64,000 nucleotides of DNA from Bacteroidia bacterium (GTDB taxonomy: Bacteria; Bacteroidota; Bacteroidia; NS11-12g; UBA955): the NCBI GenBank assembly GCA_023653095.1, contig JAMNXP010000003.1, positions 128,835-192,834 of the forward strand, written 5' to 3'. Both the position numbers and the translations under genes were made by a program. The notes beneath the pieces were generated by a model, which was not told where the DNA came from, did no database searches, and saw nothing but the letters and a program-made list of their open reading frames with translations. Position 1 is the first letter of the stretch. The number at the start of each line of letters is the position of its first letter. Positions 27,638-37,185 of the stretch are shown in pieces.

Positions 27638-28698
27638 AGTTCAATCTTATTGCTTCTAGGTACGGCTTGACACGTTAAAACAAAGCCATCTTGGATTTCC
27701 TTGTCTGACAATCCCTCTCTCTCTAACATATGCAAACTACCCACTTTTACCTTAGCTCTGCAAGTGGTACATACACCCACTGTGCAACTGTATGGAGGGT
27801 CAATGCCCTGCTTCATAGCTGCATTCAAAATGGTTGTATCTTTGTCGCAAGTAATGGTATGCGTTTTTCCGTATACTTCAATCGTTACCTCAGCCTTGCC
27901 TGTAAAAGTAGCATCTGCTGTCTCTTCTACTTGTTCTGTTTTGGACGTTGGAGCTGAGAAATATTCAATATTAATTCTATCTGATGGCACTGAAATACCC
28001 ATCAAACCAGACTTAATAACTTCCATCATAGGTCCAGGTCCGCAGATGAAATAGTGGTACTGATCAAATGAACCCCCTATTTTGCTTTTTACAATATTCT
28101 GAACCTTATCTTCAGTTAATTGTCCCTTCAATCCAAACCAAGTTAAAGGCGCCTTATCGTAACTCAAAAGCACCTGGAAACGGCCGCTGAATTTTGATTC
28201 CATGTCCTTTAACAAGGCTTTAAATATCACAGATTCAGGGTCGCGATTGGCATAAACCAAACTCACCTTGCTGTTGGGTTCATCATTCAAAATGGCTTTG
28301 GCAATACCCAGAACGGGAGTGATACCGCTTCCACCGGCAAACAAAACAAAATTACGCGAAGCACTAGCAGTTGGAACTACGGTAAACTTACCCATAGGAG
28401 GCATTACATTCATCACAGCTCCTTCTTTAATCTCTGAGTTGAAATAATTACTCATTCTGCCGCCATCTACGCGCTTGACGGTAACAGCGGGCATACTATC
28501 AACACCTGAATAAGTGCACAAAGAATAACTTCTTCTTACCTTCTCACCGTTTATTTCAGCTTCAAACGTCAAATATTGTCCAGCTGTGTAAGAGAATTGT
28601 TCTTTTAACTCAGCAGGTACATCAAAATAAAAGGTCGTTGCATCTGAAGTTTCTGCAACCACTTTCGCAACTTTTAATTGATAAAATCCTTCACTCAT
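27625..28698 (-). CDS. Ferredoxin-NAD(P) reductase with C-terminal plant-type [2Fe-2S] domain (PaaE/PaaK-like)
   Basis: RRSYSL FAD-binding motif, GGSGITP NAD-binding motif and a C-terminal CTVGVCTTCRAKV cluster motif. Confidence 0.8.
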   Translation of the reverse strand: MSEGFYQLKVAKVVAETSDATTFYFDVPAELKEQFSYTAGQYLTFEAEINGEKVRRSYSLCTYSGVDSMPAVTVKRVDGGRMSNYFNSEIKEGAVMNVMPPMGKFTVVPTASASRNFVLFAGGSGITPVLGIAKAILNDEPNSKVSLVYANRDPESVIFKALLKDMESKFSGRFQVLLSYDKAPLTWFGLKGQLTEDKVQNIVKSKIGGSFDQYHYFICGPGPMMEVIKSGLMGISVPSDRINIEYFSAPTSKTEQVEETADATFTGKAEVTIEVYGKTHTITCDKDTTILNAAMKQGIDPPYSCTVGVCTTCRAKVKVGSLHMLEREGLSDKEIQDGFVLTCQAVPRSNKIELKYE

Positions 28699-28804
28699 TA
28701 TTTTACAAAATTACTGCCTTTTAAGTATGTTTTTATGTACAAATAGTAATGTGTGCATTAGTTTCAAAATACTACTGCCGAATATTCAACAAATTGCATC
28801 ATCA

Positions 28805-29893
28805 ATGATTGACGCTTTTTTTACCCCTATACCCGAAGAAACATATCAACCATTCAAAGGCAAAAAAGCCTTACTCGGCGGCAATGTACAGGCCCATTTC
28901 CTTACATTTCCAAAGCTCCAAAAACCCAAAATAGCCCTCATTGGACTGGGCGACAGAGCCAACGAGGTGCGCAAACAATTGTACTCACTTGCTTGGCGAT
29001 TCGATAAATTACCCATTGTAGACTTAGGAAATATTGTTCAAACATCTGATAAAAAACAGCAAGAATTTGCCATCTCCGAAGCCATTGGCGAATTGATTTC
29101 TCTCAACATAACCGTTATAGTTCTAGCTGAAACAGATCCTCAACTTTACGCTCATTTTAACGCCTACAGAAACTCCGATGACTCTGTAGAATTGGTGCAC
29201 GTCAGTTCCACATTAAACTTCGACAAAGATTCTGACCTAAACCGTATTGTTTCAACCAATCAAAACAAACACCTATTCAATATAGACTTTTTGGGTACTC
29301 AATCTTATTTGATCACACAAGAAACTTCAAATACACTAGAAAAATTATACTTCGAAAATTACCGTTTGGGTATGCTCAGAAACCAAATGGAAGAAACCGA
29401 ACCCGTGCTCCGAAGTTCGCATTTGATGTCGTTTGATTTAAATTCTATCAGATTTTCGGATGCGCCAGGGGTATCTCAGCCCAATCCCAACGGATTTTAC
29501 GCCGAAGAGGCCTGCCAAATTGCTCGTTATGCTGGACTATCAAACAAATTATCTTCCGCACAATTTTACGGTTTTAGCCATTCACCGTGTCCAATCACCG
29601 ACAATCTTGCCGCTCAATTGATTTGGTATTTCCTAGACGGTTACATCACTAGGTACAATGACCATCCCGATAAAGAAGATGCTGATTATCTTATTTACAG
29701 GAACAAACTAGAAAGTACAGGGCACGAAATCAACTTTTATAAAAGCCGTAAAAGCAATCGATGGTGGATGGAAATACCCCACCCTTATGACAACCAAACT
29801 TTTTTCATTGGTTGTTCATACAAAGATTATCAACTGGTGTGTGACGGAGAAATGCCTGATCGCTGGTGGAGAGCTTATCAGAGACTCATTTAA
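28805..29893 (+). CDS. Ureohydrolase (arginase/formiminoglutamase) fold-like protein, apparently lacking the canonical Mn ligands
   Basis: MSFDLNSIRFSDAPGVSQPNPNGF resembles the S-x-D-x-D-x-x-D-P...APG block of the arginase family, but with D-to-N and other changes. I could not find clear GGDH or DAHxD blocks. The ATG at 28805 (MIDAFF) is preferred. Confidence 0.4.
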   Translation: MIDAFFTPIPEETYQPFKGKKALLGGNVQAHFLTFPKLQKPKIALIGLGDRANEVRKQLYSLAWRFDKLPIVDLGNIVQTSDKKQQEFAISEAIGELISLNITVIVLAETDPQLYAHFNAYRNSDDSVELVHVSSTLNFDKDSDLNRIVSTNQNKHLFNIDFLGTQSYLITQETSNTLEKLYFENYRLGMLRNQMEETEPVLRSSHLMSFDLNSIRFSDAPGVSQPNPNGFYAEEACQIARYAGLSNKLSSAQFYGFSHSPCPITDNLAAQLIWYFLDGYITRYNDHPDKEDADYLIYRNKLESTGHEINFYKSRKSNRWWMEIPHPYDNQTFFIGCSYKDYQLVCDGEMPDRWWRAYQRLI

Positions 29894-29927
29894 ATTCTCT
29901 TGTCAATCAATAACACAAAACAGTGTA

Positions 29928-30812
29928 TCAATATTTCAATGTTCCTTCTGCAAAGTCGTAACATCCAAAAACGCCCAAAGAACCCTCGGAGAAATTTGAC
30001 ATAAATAAAGTAGGCTCATTGAACGGGGTTGCATCGTATTGAAATTGGCTCAAATAGTAATTGCGATAAGCTTTGTCCATCGTGTAAATAGCCCCCTCAA
30101 ATTGCTGCAAGGTAAATGGTGGCTCATTTCCCCAACCGGCATAAAAACTGCTTCGAGTCAACATTTTTGGCATGAAGTCAGTGTTATTACCTTGTTTCAT
30201 GATTTCTTGAAAATACAATTCTACAGGAAAATAATTCTTTGCAGAATCCAAGAAACTTGCTTCTAATTGAGGAGAAACATAAAAGCGCTCGTCCAACCCT
30301 TTATACTCAAACTCTAAAGTATAGGGAATGGTAGTATAATCCCAGCCCATACCGCCTTGGTCTTCAGGCTCTCGCATTTCAAAATACGATATTCTTGCCT
30401 TGGTAAAATCCGCTCGCGGTGGAACCGTTGATTGTGCCTTGAAAACCTTTCCGTCTGGCATTGTAACAGACAACTCATAAGTTAATTTTGGAACAAGCAC
30501 AATTCTATTGAAGTCAAGTCTGTATAAACCAGAACCCGTTGAATAAAAGGTATCTGAGATCTTGCCTGACAAATCGGTCATCACAACAGCACAACCCTTG
30601 ACGGTTTCTGCCGTATCGTCCCATTTACGTTTTCCATAATACGGCTTGGTATAAGTAATTTGTACTTCGGCATAAGGCATTTGGGGTGTCATTAAACACA
30701 TAATGACAGGTTTACGCTCAAATTTAGGCGGATCAACCTCAGCATCTCTTTCACAAGATGTTAACAATCCGACAAAAACCCATAAAAATGCGATAGTTCT
30801 GAAAAGCTTCAT
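29928..30812 (-). CDS. DUF4249-like lipoprotein (typical partner of CarboxypepD_reg TonB-dependent receptors)
   Basis: Lipobox (LLTSCE), about 290 aa, directly downstream of a TonB-dependent receptor. Family recalled from this context and its size; not searched. Confidence 0.5.
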   Translation of the reverse strand: MKLFRTIAFLWVFVGLLTSCERDAEVDPPKFERKPVIMCLMTPQMPYAEVQITYTKPYYGKRKWDDTAETVKGCAVVMTDLSGKISDTFYSTGSGLYRLDFNRIVLVPKLTYELSVTMPDGKVFKAQSTVPPRADFTKARISYFEMREPEDQGGMGWDYTTIPYTLEFEYKGLDERFYVSPQLEASFLDSAKNYFPVELYFQEIMKQGNNTDFMPKMLTRSSFYAGWGNEPPFTLQQFEGAIYTMDKAYRNYYLSQFQYDATPFNEPTLFMSNFSEGSLGVFGCYDFAEGTLKY

Positions 30813-30820
30813 AATGATGA

Positions 30821-33244
30821 TTATCTAAATTTAAAGGACCATGAAAGTGACGGAATAATTGGAAATAATGTTACTTTTTTCAAACCCCAATTTTCTTCTC
30901 CCGTCTGCCAATTGTAGCTGGTGCTACCATAATAAAAGAACGGATTAAAACGGTTATATGCGTTATAAAAACTCAGTTCCCAAGTTTCGCGACCTCGGCG
31001 TTTCTCTCGGTGAAATTGCATACCCACATCTAAACGATGATAAGCCTCCATCCTGAATGAATTCCGAGATCCATAATCGGTCATCCAATTGCCTTGATTT
31101 TGGAACTTTGGACTCCAAATAATGGGAAACCTACTCATGCTGTGTCCGTTACCGGGAATCATACCTTGTGGGGCAGTAATGGCATTTCCTGTACCATAGA
31201 CCCACGTAGCTGAAAAGGTCAATCTTTTAGAAGCCTTGTAAATTCCCACAATAGAAATATCGTGTCGGCGATCGTATTTCGCCCAAAATACTCTCCCTTG
31301 ATTCAATTCAGGAAACTTTAGTTGCGTCCAACTCAATGTGTACCCAACCCAACCCGAAAGTTTTCCTATCTTCTTCTGCAAAAACAACTCCGTACCGTAA
31401 CTCCATCCCTGCCCTGAGGTAATGGCATTTTCCCAATTCCTAGAATCAGTTGGTGCTTGCATATCAAACAAATCATCTGATCCCAACAAGAAAGAAGCCC
31501 CTTCTTTGTATTGAATCACGTTATTCATATGCTTGTAATATCCTTCCAAAGTAATACTGTACCCGCCTTTTAGATCTTTTGCAACCCCAACCGCAGTTTG
31601 TTCGCTGCTCATGGGAGCAATATTTGCTGTAGCTGGCACCCACAAATCAGTAGGCAATGAAATGCCCGAGTTGCTCAATAAATGAATGTATTGATTCATT
31701 CTTGCATATGACCCTTTCAGGCTCAAAGACGGATTCAAATTATAGGCCACCGATAAACGAGGCTCTGGAAAAACGTATTGCTTTTCATCTACTTGGTAAT
31801 GACTCAATCTAATCCCAGGATACAATTGAAGTTTACCCAATTTCCATTGGTCTTCGATGTAAATGCCCGATTCAACCGTGATGATATTTTTAATGGCTCT
31901 ATTGATGTTAAAATCAAATCCACCTTTCACCACAACTGCACCTGGAGAAAATTGATGTCTGATGCTGCTGATACCAAATCTGACCTGATGATCTGGTGCA
32001 GGACGCCAATCAAAATCGTATTTAATTCCTATATCATTGATTAAACTTTGATACTTCAAACTAAAGGTATCAAATGGGCTTTTATCCTCGACACTGATGC
32101 CCAACTTGTAATGACTATAGATCAAGGATGCGTTTGAAAACAACCTTGGACTAAAAACGTGATTCCAACGGGTAGTTAAAGTTCTATTTCCCCATCCAAA
32201 ATCAGAAGACACCTTATAATCACCGTCTTTAATTGTTGCGTAGAATTTATCCTGTCCAAAATAACCACTGACATATAATTTGTCGTTGTCTGAGATTTCG
32301 TAATTGGCTTTGGCGTTGAAATCATAGAAATAATAACCGAGATTTCCGCCGTTGCTGGCAAGCATAATGAAGGGTTGCATCAATACGTCTAAGTACGTCC
32401 TTCTACCAGAAATCATGAATGAACTTTTACCCTTTTTGATGGGTCCTTCGAAAGTGAATCTAGAACCTATCATACCAATACCCACCTCTCCAGAATATTT
32501 TTGGTTGTTACCTTCTTTCATGGTTAAGTCAATCACACTAGAAAGCCTGCCGCCATACCTTGATGGGAAACCGCCTTTAACTAATTCTACTGATTTTAGA
32601 GCATCTCCATTGAACACCGAAAAGAAGCCAAAAAGGTGAGTGGCATTGTAAACTACAGCTTCATCTAAGATCAATAGGTTTTGGTCTGGGCCGCCTCCGC
32701 GGACATAAATACCGCTTTGTCCCTCGCCCCCTTTTTGAACACCAGGCATCAGTTGAATGACTTTCAATACGTCTTTTTCTCCCAACAAGGCCGGAATATC
32801 TTTAATCTGATTAACAGGAATATCAACCTTACTCATTTCTACCTTGTCAGCCACCATGTTTTTCTTACTGACAATGTTCACCGCTTCAATTTTGTCTAAA
32901 TCTTCCAACGGTAAAATCTCTAAATTCACGGTAGTATCTTTGGTTCCAGACCAAATAAAAGCATTTGGCTCATATCCGGTCATATTAACTAAAACCATTT
33001 GTTGTTTTCCTGATTCAACCGTCAACGAGTAAAATCCGTAACTATTGGTAAAGGTTTGCAGGGATTTAGGAAAGGCTTCGATCGTTTCCACCGCCGAAAT
33101 ACTAATGCCTCCAAATCGTTCACCCGATGAAGCATCGCGCACAAATCCAGATACGGTAAACCTTGATTGTGCTTGAGCGGAAGCAGCGATTAAACATCCC
33201 AAGAAAAACAATAGCAAGCGCTGGAAAGTATTTTTTAATTTCAT
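30821..33244 (-). CDS. TonB-dependent receptor with carboxypeptidase-regulatory-like N-domain
   Basis: Signal peptide, FTVSGFVRDASSGE (CarboxypepD_reg), a plug region (GIYVRGGGPDQNLLILDEAVVYN) and a C-terminal ...WSFKFR. The ATG at 33244 (MKLKNTF) is preferred. Confidence 0.85.
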   Translation of the reverse strand: MKLKNTFQRLLLFFLGCLIAASAQAQSRFTVSGFVRDASSGERFGGISISAVETIEAFPKSLQTFTNSYGFYSLTVESGKQQMVLVNMTGYEPNAFIWSGTKDTTVNLEILPLEDLDKIEAVNIVSKKNMVADKVEMSKVDIPVNQIKDIPALLGEKDVLKVIQLMPGVQKGGEGQSGIYVRGGGPDQNLLILDEAVVYNATHLFGFFSVFNGDALKSVELVKGGFPSRYGGRLSSVIDLTMKEGNNQKYSGEVGIGMIGSRFTFEGPIKKGKSSFMISGRRTYLDVLMQPFIMLASNGGNLGYYFYDFNAKANYEISDNDKLYVSGYFGQDKFYATIKDGDYKVSSDFGWGNRTLTTRWNHVFSPRLFSNASLIYSHYKLGISVEDKSPFDTFSLKYQSLINDIGIKYDFDWRPAPDHQVRFGISSIRHQFSPGAVVVKGGFDFNINRAIKNIITVESGIYIEDQWKLGKLQLYPGIRLSHYQVDEKQYVFPEPRLSVAYNLNPSLSLKGSYARMNQYIHLLSNSGISLPTDLWVPATANIAPMSSEQTAVGVAKDLKGGYSITLEGYYKHMNNVIQYKEGASFLLGSDDLFDMQAPTDSRNWENAITSGQGWSYGTELFLQKKIGKLSGWVGYTLSWTQLKFPELNQGRVFWAKYDRRHDISIVGIYKASKRLTFSATWVYGTGNAITAPQGMIPGNGHSMSRFPIIWSPKFQNQGNWMTDYGSRNSFRMEAYHRLDVGMQFHREKRRGRETWELSFYNAYNRFNPFFYYGSTSYNWQTGEENWGLKKVTLFPIIPSLSWSFKFR

Positions 33245-33302
33245 AAAAATGAATGACAACGTTGAATGTAACACTTAAACTACGAGTATCCCCCAAAAAA
33301 AG

Positions 33303-34100
33303 TTACACGGCAACTGCACCTTTAATTGCAGGATGAGGATCGTAGCCTTCCACTTGAAAATCGGAATACACAAAATCAAATAATGACTTTACGTCTGGAT
33401 TGATTTTCATGATTGGATAGGGGCGAGGTTCTCTTGTGAGCTGTAAATTTACCTGTTCAATGTGATTGGAGTAAATATGTGCATCACCAAATGTATGTAC
33501 AAAATCACCGGGTTGAAGATGGCAAACCTGGGCCATCATCAGGGTTAACAAAGCGTAACTTGCGATATTGAATGGAACACCAAGGAATAAATCAGCGCTC
33601 CTTTGATAGAGTTGGCAGCTTAATTTTCCGTTGGCTACATAAAATTGAAACATAGTATGACAAGGCATCAAGGCCATTTGATCAATTTCTCCCACATTCC
33701 ATGCATTGACCAAAATACGGCGTGAATCAGGATTGTTTTTGATCATGTTGATGGCCTCTGAGATTTGATCAATGATGCGGCCGTCTTTGGCTTCCCAAGA
33801 ACGCCATTGTTTGCCATAAACTGGCCCTAATTCGCCATTTTCATCTGCCCATTCATCCCAAATACTCACCCCGTTTTCTTTCAAATAAGCAATATTGGTT
33901 TCACCTTTAATGAACCACAATAACTCGTGAATGATGCTCTTTAAATGAACCTTTTTTGTGGTAATCAATGGAAATCCTTCCGATAAATCAAACCTGATTT
34001 GGCCGCCAAACACACTTATGGTTCCTGTACCGGTGCGATCGGTTTTTTTTGCTCCGTTTTCGAGCACATGTTTTAGGAAAGTTTCGTACTGATTATACAT
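33303..34100 (-). CDS. thyA: Thymidylate synthase
   Basis: DRTGTGT, the catalytic loop [12 protein letters not shown], and DAHIYSNH. The ATG at 34100 (MYNQYETFL) is preferred over the TTG at 34118. Confidence 0.95.
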   Translation of the reverse strand: MYNQYETFLKHVLENGAKKTDRTGTGTISVFGGQIRFDLSEGFPLITTKKVHLKSIIHELLWFIKGETNIAYLKENGVSIWDEWADENGELGPVYGKQWRSWEAKDGRIIDQISEAINMIKNNPDSRRILVNAWNVGEIDQMALMPCHTMFQFYVANGKLSCQLYQRSADLFLGVPFNIASYALLTLMMAQVCHLQPGDFVHTFGDAHIYSNHIEQVNLQLTREPRPYPIMKINPDVKSLFDFVYSDFQVEGYDPHPAIKGAVAV

Positions 34101-34171
34101 TTTAAGGTGCAATTTCAAACAAATTTACGAATTCCATATTGGTATGCGGGTTGTTAAGCCCAAAAAATTAC

Positions 34172-34179
34172 TATTTTTG
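34172..34179 (+). promoter_or_regulatory. Candidate -7 box (TATTTTTG) for the E2 gene
   Basis: Matches TAnnTTTG and lies 22 nt upstream of the ATG at 34201. Confidence 0.4.
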
Positions 34180-34200
34180 CCACCTCTTATAAGATAGAAT

Positions 34201-35445
34201 ATGGCTGAACTGATTACCATGCCCAAAATGAGCGACACAATGACCGAAGGGGTTATTGTTCGTTGGACAGTAAAAGTGGGAGATACGGTTAAAAGTGGCG
34301 ACATCATCGCTGAAGTTGAAACAGATAAAGCGACCATGGATATGGAGGTTTACTCCAAGGGTACCATTTTGCACATCATGGTGCAAGAAGGTGAAGCTGC
34401 TGCTATTGATGCCCCTGTTGCAATTGTTGGTGCAGCCGGTGAAGATTTCCAAGCTCTTTTAGCAGGAGGTTCAGCACCCAAAACAGCCAGTACAACTCCA
34501 GAAGCTAACGCTACTCCTGTAGCTGAAACTTCATCAACAAATACTTCTGCACCAGTTGCAACTCCTACCACCACTTCCGATGATTCTCGCTTGAAGGCAA
34601 GTCCTTTAGCAAGAAAAATTGCGGAAGATAAAGGCATAGACCTTAAGGTAGTGGCTGGAAGCGGCGAAAATGGTCGAATTGTTAAAAGAGATTTAGAAAA
34701 CATCCAAACACCAGCTGCCTCTGCGTCTAACGCTGCTGTAACCAGCACTGCTGTTATGGGTGAAGAAAGTTATACCGAAGTTCCTGTTTCGCAAATGCGC
34801 AAAACCATCGCAGCCCGTTTGGGTGAGTCGAAGTTTACCGCACCTCACTTCTATTTAACCATTGAAATCAACATGGATAATGCCGTGAAAGCTCGCGAAC
34901 AAATGAACGCCATCAGTTCAGTGAAAATTTCTATGAATGATATTGTGGTTAAAGCGGCAGCCTCTGCACTTAGAAAACACCCCAACATCAATTCTAGCTG
35001 GTTAGGCACTAAAATTCGTTACAATAATCACATTCACATTGGTGTTGCTATGGCAGTTGAAGATGGATTATTAGTACCTGTTGTGCGTTTTGCAGACCAT
35101 AAATCACTCAGCCAAATCTCTAGCGAGGTAAAAGCATACGGTGCAAAAGCAAAAGAAAAGAAATTACAACCTCAAGATTGGGCTGGCAATACATTCACTA
35201 TCAGCAACCTAGGCATGTTTGGAATTGATGAATTCACGGCAATCATCAATCCTCCAGATGCTTGCATCTTGGCAGTTGGAACAGTGAAAGACAGTGTAGG
35301 TGTTGTGAATGGTGAAATTAAACCAGTCAAAACCATGAAGGTCACCCTAAGTTGTGACCATAGAGTTGTTGACGGTACCATGGGAGCAGCTTTCCTACAA
35401 ACCCTCAAAGACTACCTCGAAGAGCCTGTAAAATTGTTAGTATAA
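34201..35445 (+). CDS. 2-oxoacid (pyruvate-type) dehydrogenase complex E2 dihydrolipoamide acyltransferase
   Basis: Lipoyl domain (EVETDKATMDME), an Ala/Pro/Thr linker, a peripheral-subunit-binding domain (SPLARKIAEDKGIDL) and a catalytic domain with DHRVVDG. Confidence 0.9.
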   Translation: MAELITMPKMSDTMTEGVIVRWTVKVGDTVKSGDIIAEVETDKATMDMEVYSKGTILHIMVQEGEAAAIDAPVAIVGAAGEDFQALLAGGSAPKTASTTPEANATPVAETSSTNTSAPVATPTTTSDDSRLKASPLARKIAEDKGIDLKVVAGSGENGRIVKRDLENIQTPAASASNAAVTSTAVMGEESYTEVPVSQMRKTIAARLGESKFTAPHFYLTIEINMDNAVKAREQMNAISSVKISMNDIVVKAAASALRKHPNINSSWLGTKIRYNNHIHIGVAMAVEDGLLVPVVRFADHKSLSQISSEVKAYGAKAKEKKLQPQDWAGNTFTISNLGMFGIDEFTAIINPPDACILAVGTVKDSVGVVNGEIKPVKTMKVTLSCDHRVVDGTMGAAFLQTLKDYLEEPVKLLV

Positions 35446-35464
35446 ACAAAATAAAAGGCTGCCA

Positions 35465-35490
35465 AAAGGTGGCCTTTTTTATGAATCATA
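35465..35490 (+). terminator. Rho-independent terminator after the E2 gene
   Basis: AAAGGCTGCC-AAAA-GGTGGCCTTTTTT (one mismatch in the stem). Confidence 0.6.
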
Positions 35491-35494
35491 TAAA

Positions 35495-35980
35495 GTGAAA
35501 ATAAAATTCAATAGCATTCAAGATCTTGGAGATGCTCGCTATGCCGCTGCTGCTATGGCAGAATGGATGGGATTTGCCATAGATGGGGAAGCATCAATAC
35601 CCGTTCAGCAGGTTCAAGAAATTATAGGTTGGTGCTCTGGCCCAAAAATCATCTTAGAAGTTAATGAACCAAACATCGATAAAATCAATGCTTGGATGAA
35701 CATCATACCTGTAGATGGAATTCAATGCCATGAAGATCTGCTAGCTCTTCTAAAACCCCATTTTCCAGAAATAAAAGATTGGCTTTTGATGAACCAAAAT
35801 GGCAGCCTTTTATTTCAAGATGAAATACTGATTCCCATGGAGTCAAACGAAGCATCTGCTCATCAACTTATAAAAGGAAATCCTATCTTCGGAATACACA
35901 TTAATTGCCAAAAGGAAACTTCCGTCGGAAAAAAAGACTACGGAAATTGGAACGACTTTTTTGATATCATAAATGAATAA
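35495..35980 (+). CDS. Hypothetical protein (weak TrpF/PRAI-like N-terminus)
   Basis: GTG start. KIKFNSIQDLGDARYAAAAMAEWMGFAI loosely resembles the first beta-alpha units of phosphoribosylanthranilate isomerase, but the protein is too short (161 aa). Confidence 0.35.
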   Translation: MKIKFNSIQDLGDARYAAAAMAEWMGFAIDGEASIPVQQVQEIIGWCSGPKIILEVNEPNIDKINAWMNIIPVDGIQCHEDLLALLKPHFPEIKDWLLMNQNGSLLFQDEILIPMESNEASAHQLIKGNPIFGIHINCQKETSVGKKDYGNWNDFFDIINE

Positions 35981-36176
35981 TACCATGAAAAAAATCATTA
36001 TCCCAGCCATTGCCATTGCGGCAATCATTTCATTGGGTGCATGCACAAACAACGAAGGTGCATTCACTGAAGAACAAAAAACCACACAAGACAGTACAGA
36101 TCAATCCACTCAAGATGCTGCGTTTGATGAATTGATGAACGATACCAGCAGCAGCGATACCAATAACACACAATAA
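35973..36176 (+). CDS. Small acidic lipoprotein
   Basis: Lipobox (IISLGAC) followed by a low-complexity D/T/Q/S-rich tail. 67 aa. Confidence 0.45.
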   Translation: MNNTMKKIIIPAIAIAAIISLGACTNNEGAFTEEQKTTQDSTDQSTQDAAFDELMNDTSSSDTNNTQ

Positions 36177-36184
36177 ATAAAATA

Positions 36185-37171
36185 ATGAAAGTAGCCGTAG
36201 TTGGTGCCACCGGATTGGTGGGAACAAAAATGTTGCAAGTTCTGCAAGAACGAAATTTCCCTGTAACTGAATTGATTCCAGTAGCCTCGCAAAGCAGCGT
36301 GGGTAAACAAATTCAATTCAACGGAAAATCTTATTCGGTGGTATCAATGATGCAGGCACTTTCTTTAAAACCTCAAATTGCTCTTTTTTCAGCAGGTGGA
36401 AGCACCTCCTTAGAATGGGCACCGAAATTTGCTGAAATTGGTTGCTATGTCATCGACAATTCAAGTGCTTGGCGCATGGATCCTGCGGTTCCATTGGTCG
36501 TACCCGAAGTGAATCCCGAAGCACTTAATGATTCAATGATCATTGCTAATCCCAACTGCAGCACCATCCAAATGGTGGTAGCCTTAAAACCCCTTCACCA
36601 AAAATACTCCCTAAAAAGAGTGATTGTAAGCACGTATCAATCTGTGACCGGTACCGGACAAAAAGCCGTGGAACAGCTCATGAATGAAAGAGCAGGTGTT
36701 GAGGCTCCCAAAGTATACCCATATACCATTGACCTGAATGTTCTGCCTCACATAGACGTTTTCCAAGAAAATGGCTACTCCAAAGAGGAAATGAAAATGA
36801 TTCTCGAAACCCGCAAAATCATGTCGCTTCCTAACTTGAAAATCACCGCAACCACCGTGAGAATACCCACCATGGGCGGACATTCAGAGAGCATCAATGC
36901 AGAATTTGAACATCAACCTTCGCTATCTGAAACCCGACAATTATTGACTGATTTCCCGGGTATCATCCTACAAGACGATCCCCAAAATCTGTCATACCCC
37001 ATGCCGCTCACCGCGCATGACCGCGACGAAGTTTTTGTAGGACGAATTCGATTGGACGAATCGCAACCCAACACATTGAACCTATGGGTAGTGTCTGACA
37101 ACCTCAGAAAAGGGGCCGCAACCAACGCCGTGCAAATTGCAGAGCTTTTAAAAAACCAAAACAGAGTTTGA
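36185..37171 (+). CDS. asd: Aspartate-semialdehyde dehydrogenase
   Basis: MKVAVVGATGLVG..., the active site NPNCSTIQ, and SDNLRKGAA. Confidence 0.93.
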   Translation: MKVAVVGATGLVGTKMLQVLQERNFPVTELIPVASQSSVGKQIQFNGKSYSVVSMMQALSLKPQIALFSAGGSTSLEWAPKFAEIGCYVIDNSSAWRMDPAVPLVVPEVNPEALNDSMIIANPNCSTIQMVVALKPLHQKYSLKRVIVSTYQSVTGTGQKAVEQLMNERAGVEAPKVYPYTIDLNVLPHIDVFQENGYSKEEMKMILETRKIMSLPNLKITATTVRIPTMGGHSESINAEFEHQPSLSETRQLLTDFPGIILQDDPQNLSYPMPLTAHDRDEVFVGRIRLDESQPNTLNLWVVSDNLRKGAATNAVQIAELLKNQNRV

Positions 37172-37185
37172 TTGGTTAGTTAAGC

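Noticed and set aside
27701-28054. 117-aa and 75-aa + strand ORFs inside the PaaE-like gene, and similar antisense ORFs (17383-17763, 6142-6474, 52987-53424, 60378-60707).
   Set aside because: Each is fully nested antisense within a well-supported, motif-bearing CDS. None has a recognisable motif or a plausible promoter.
34350-34748. 132-aa antisense ORF within the E2 gene.
   Set aside because: It lies opposite the Ala/Pro/Thr-rich inter-domain linker of E2. It is a compositional artefact.
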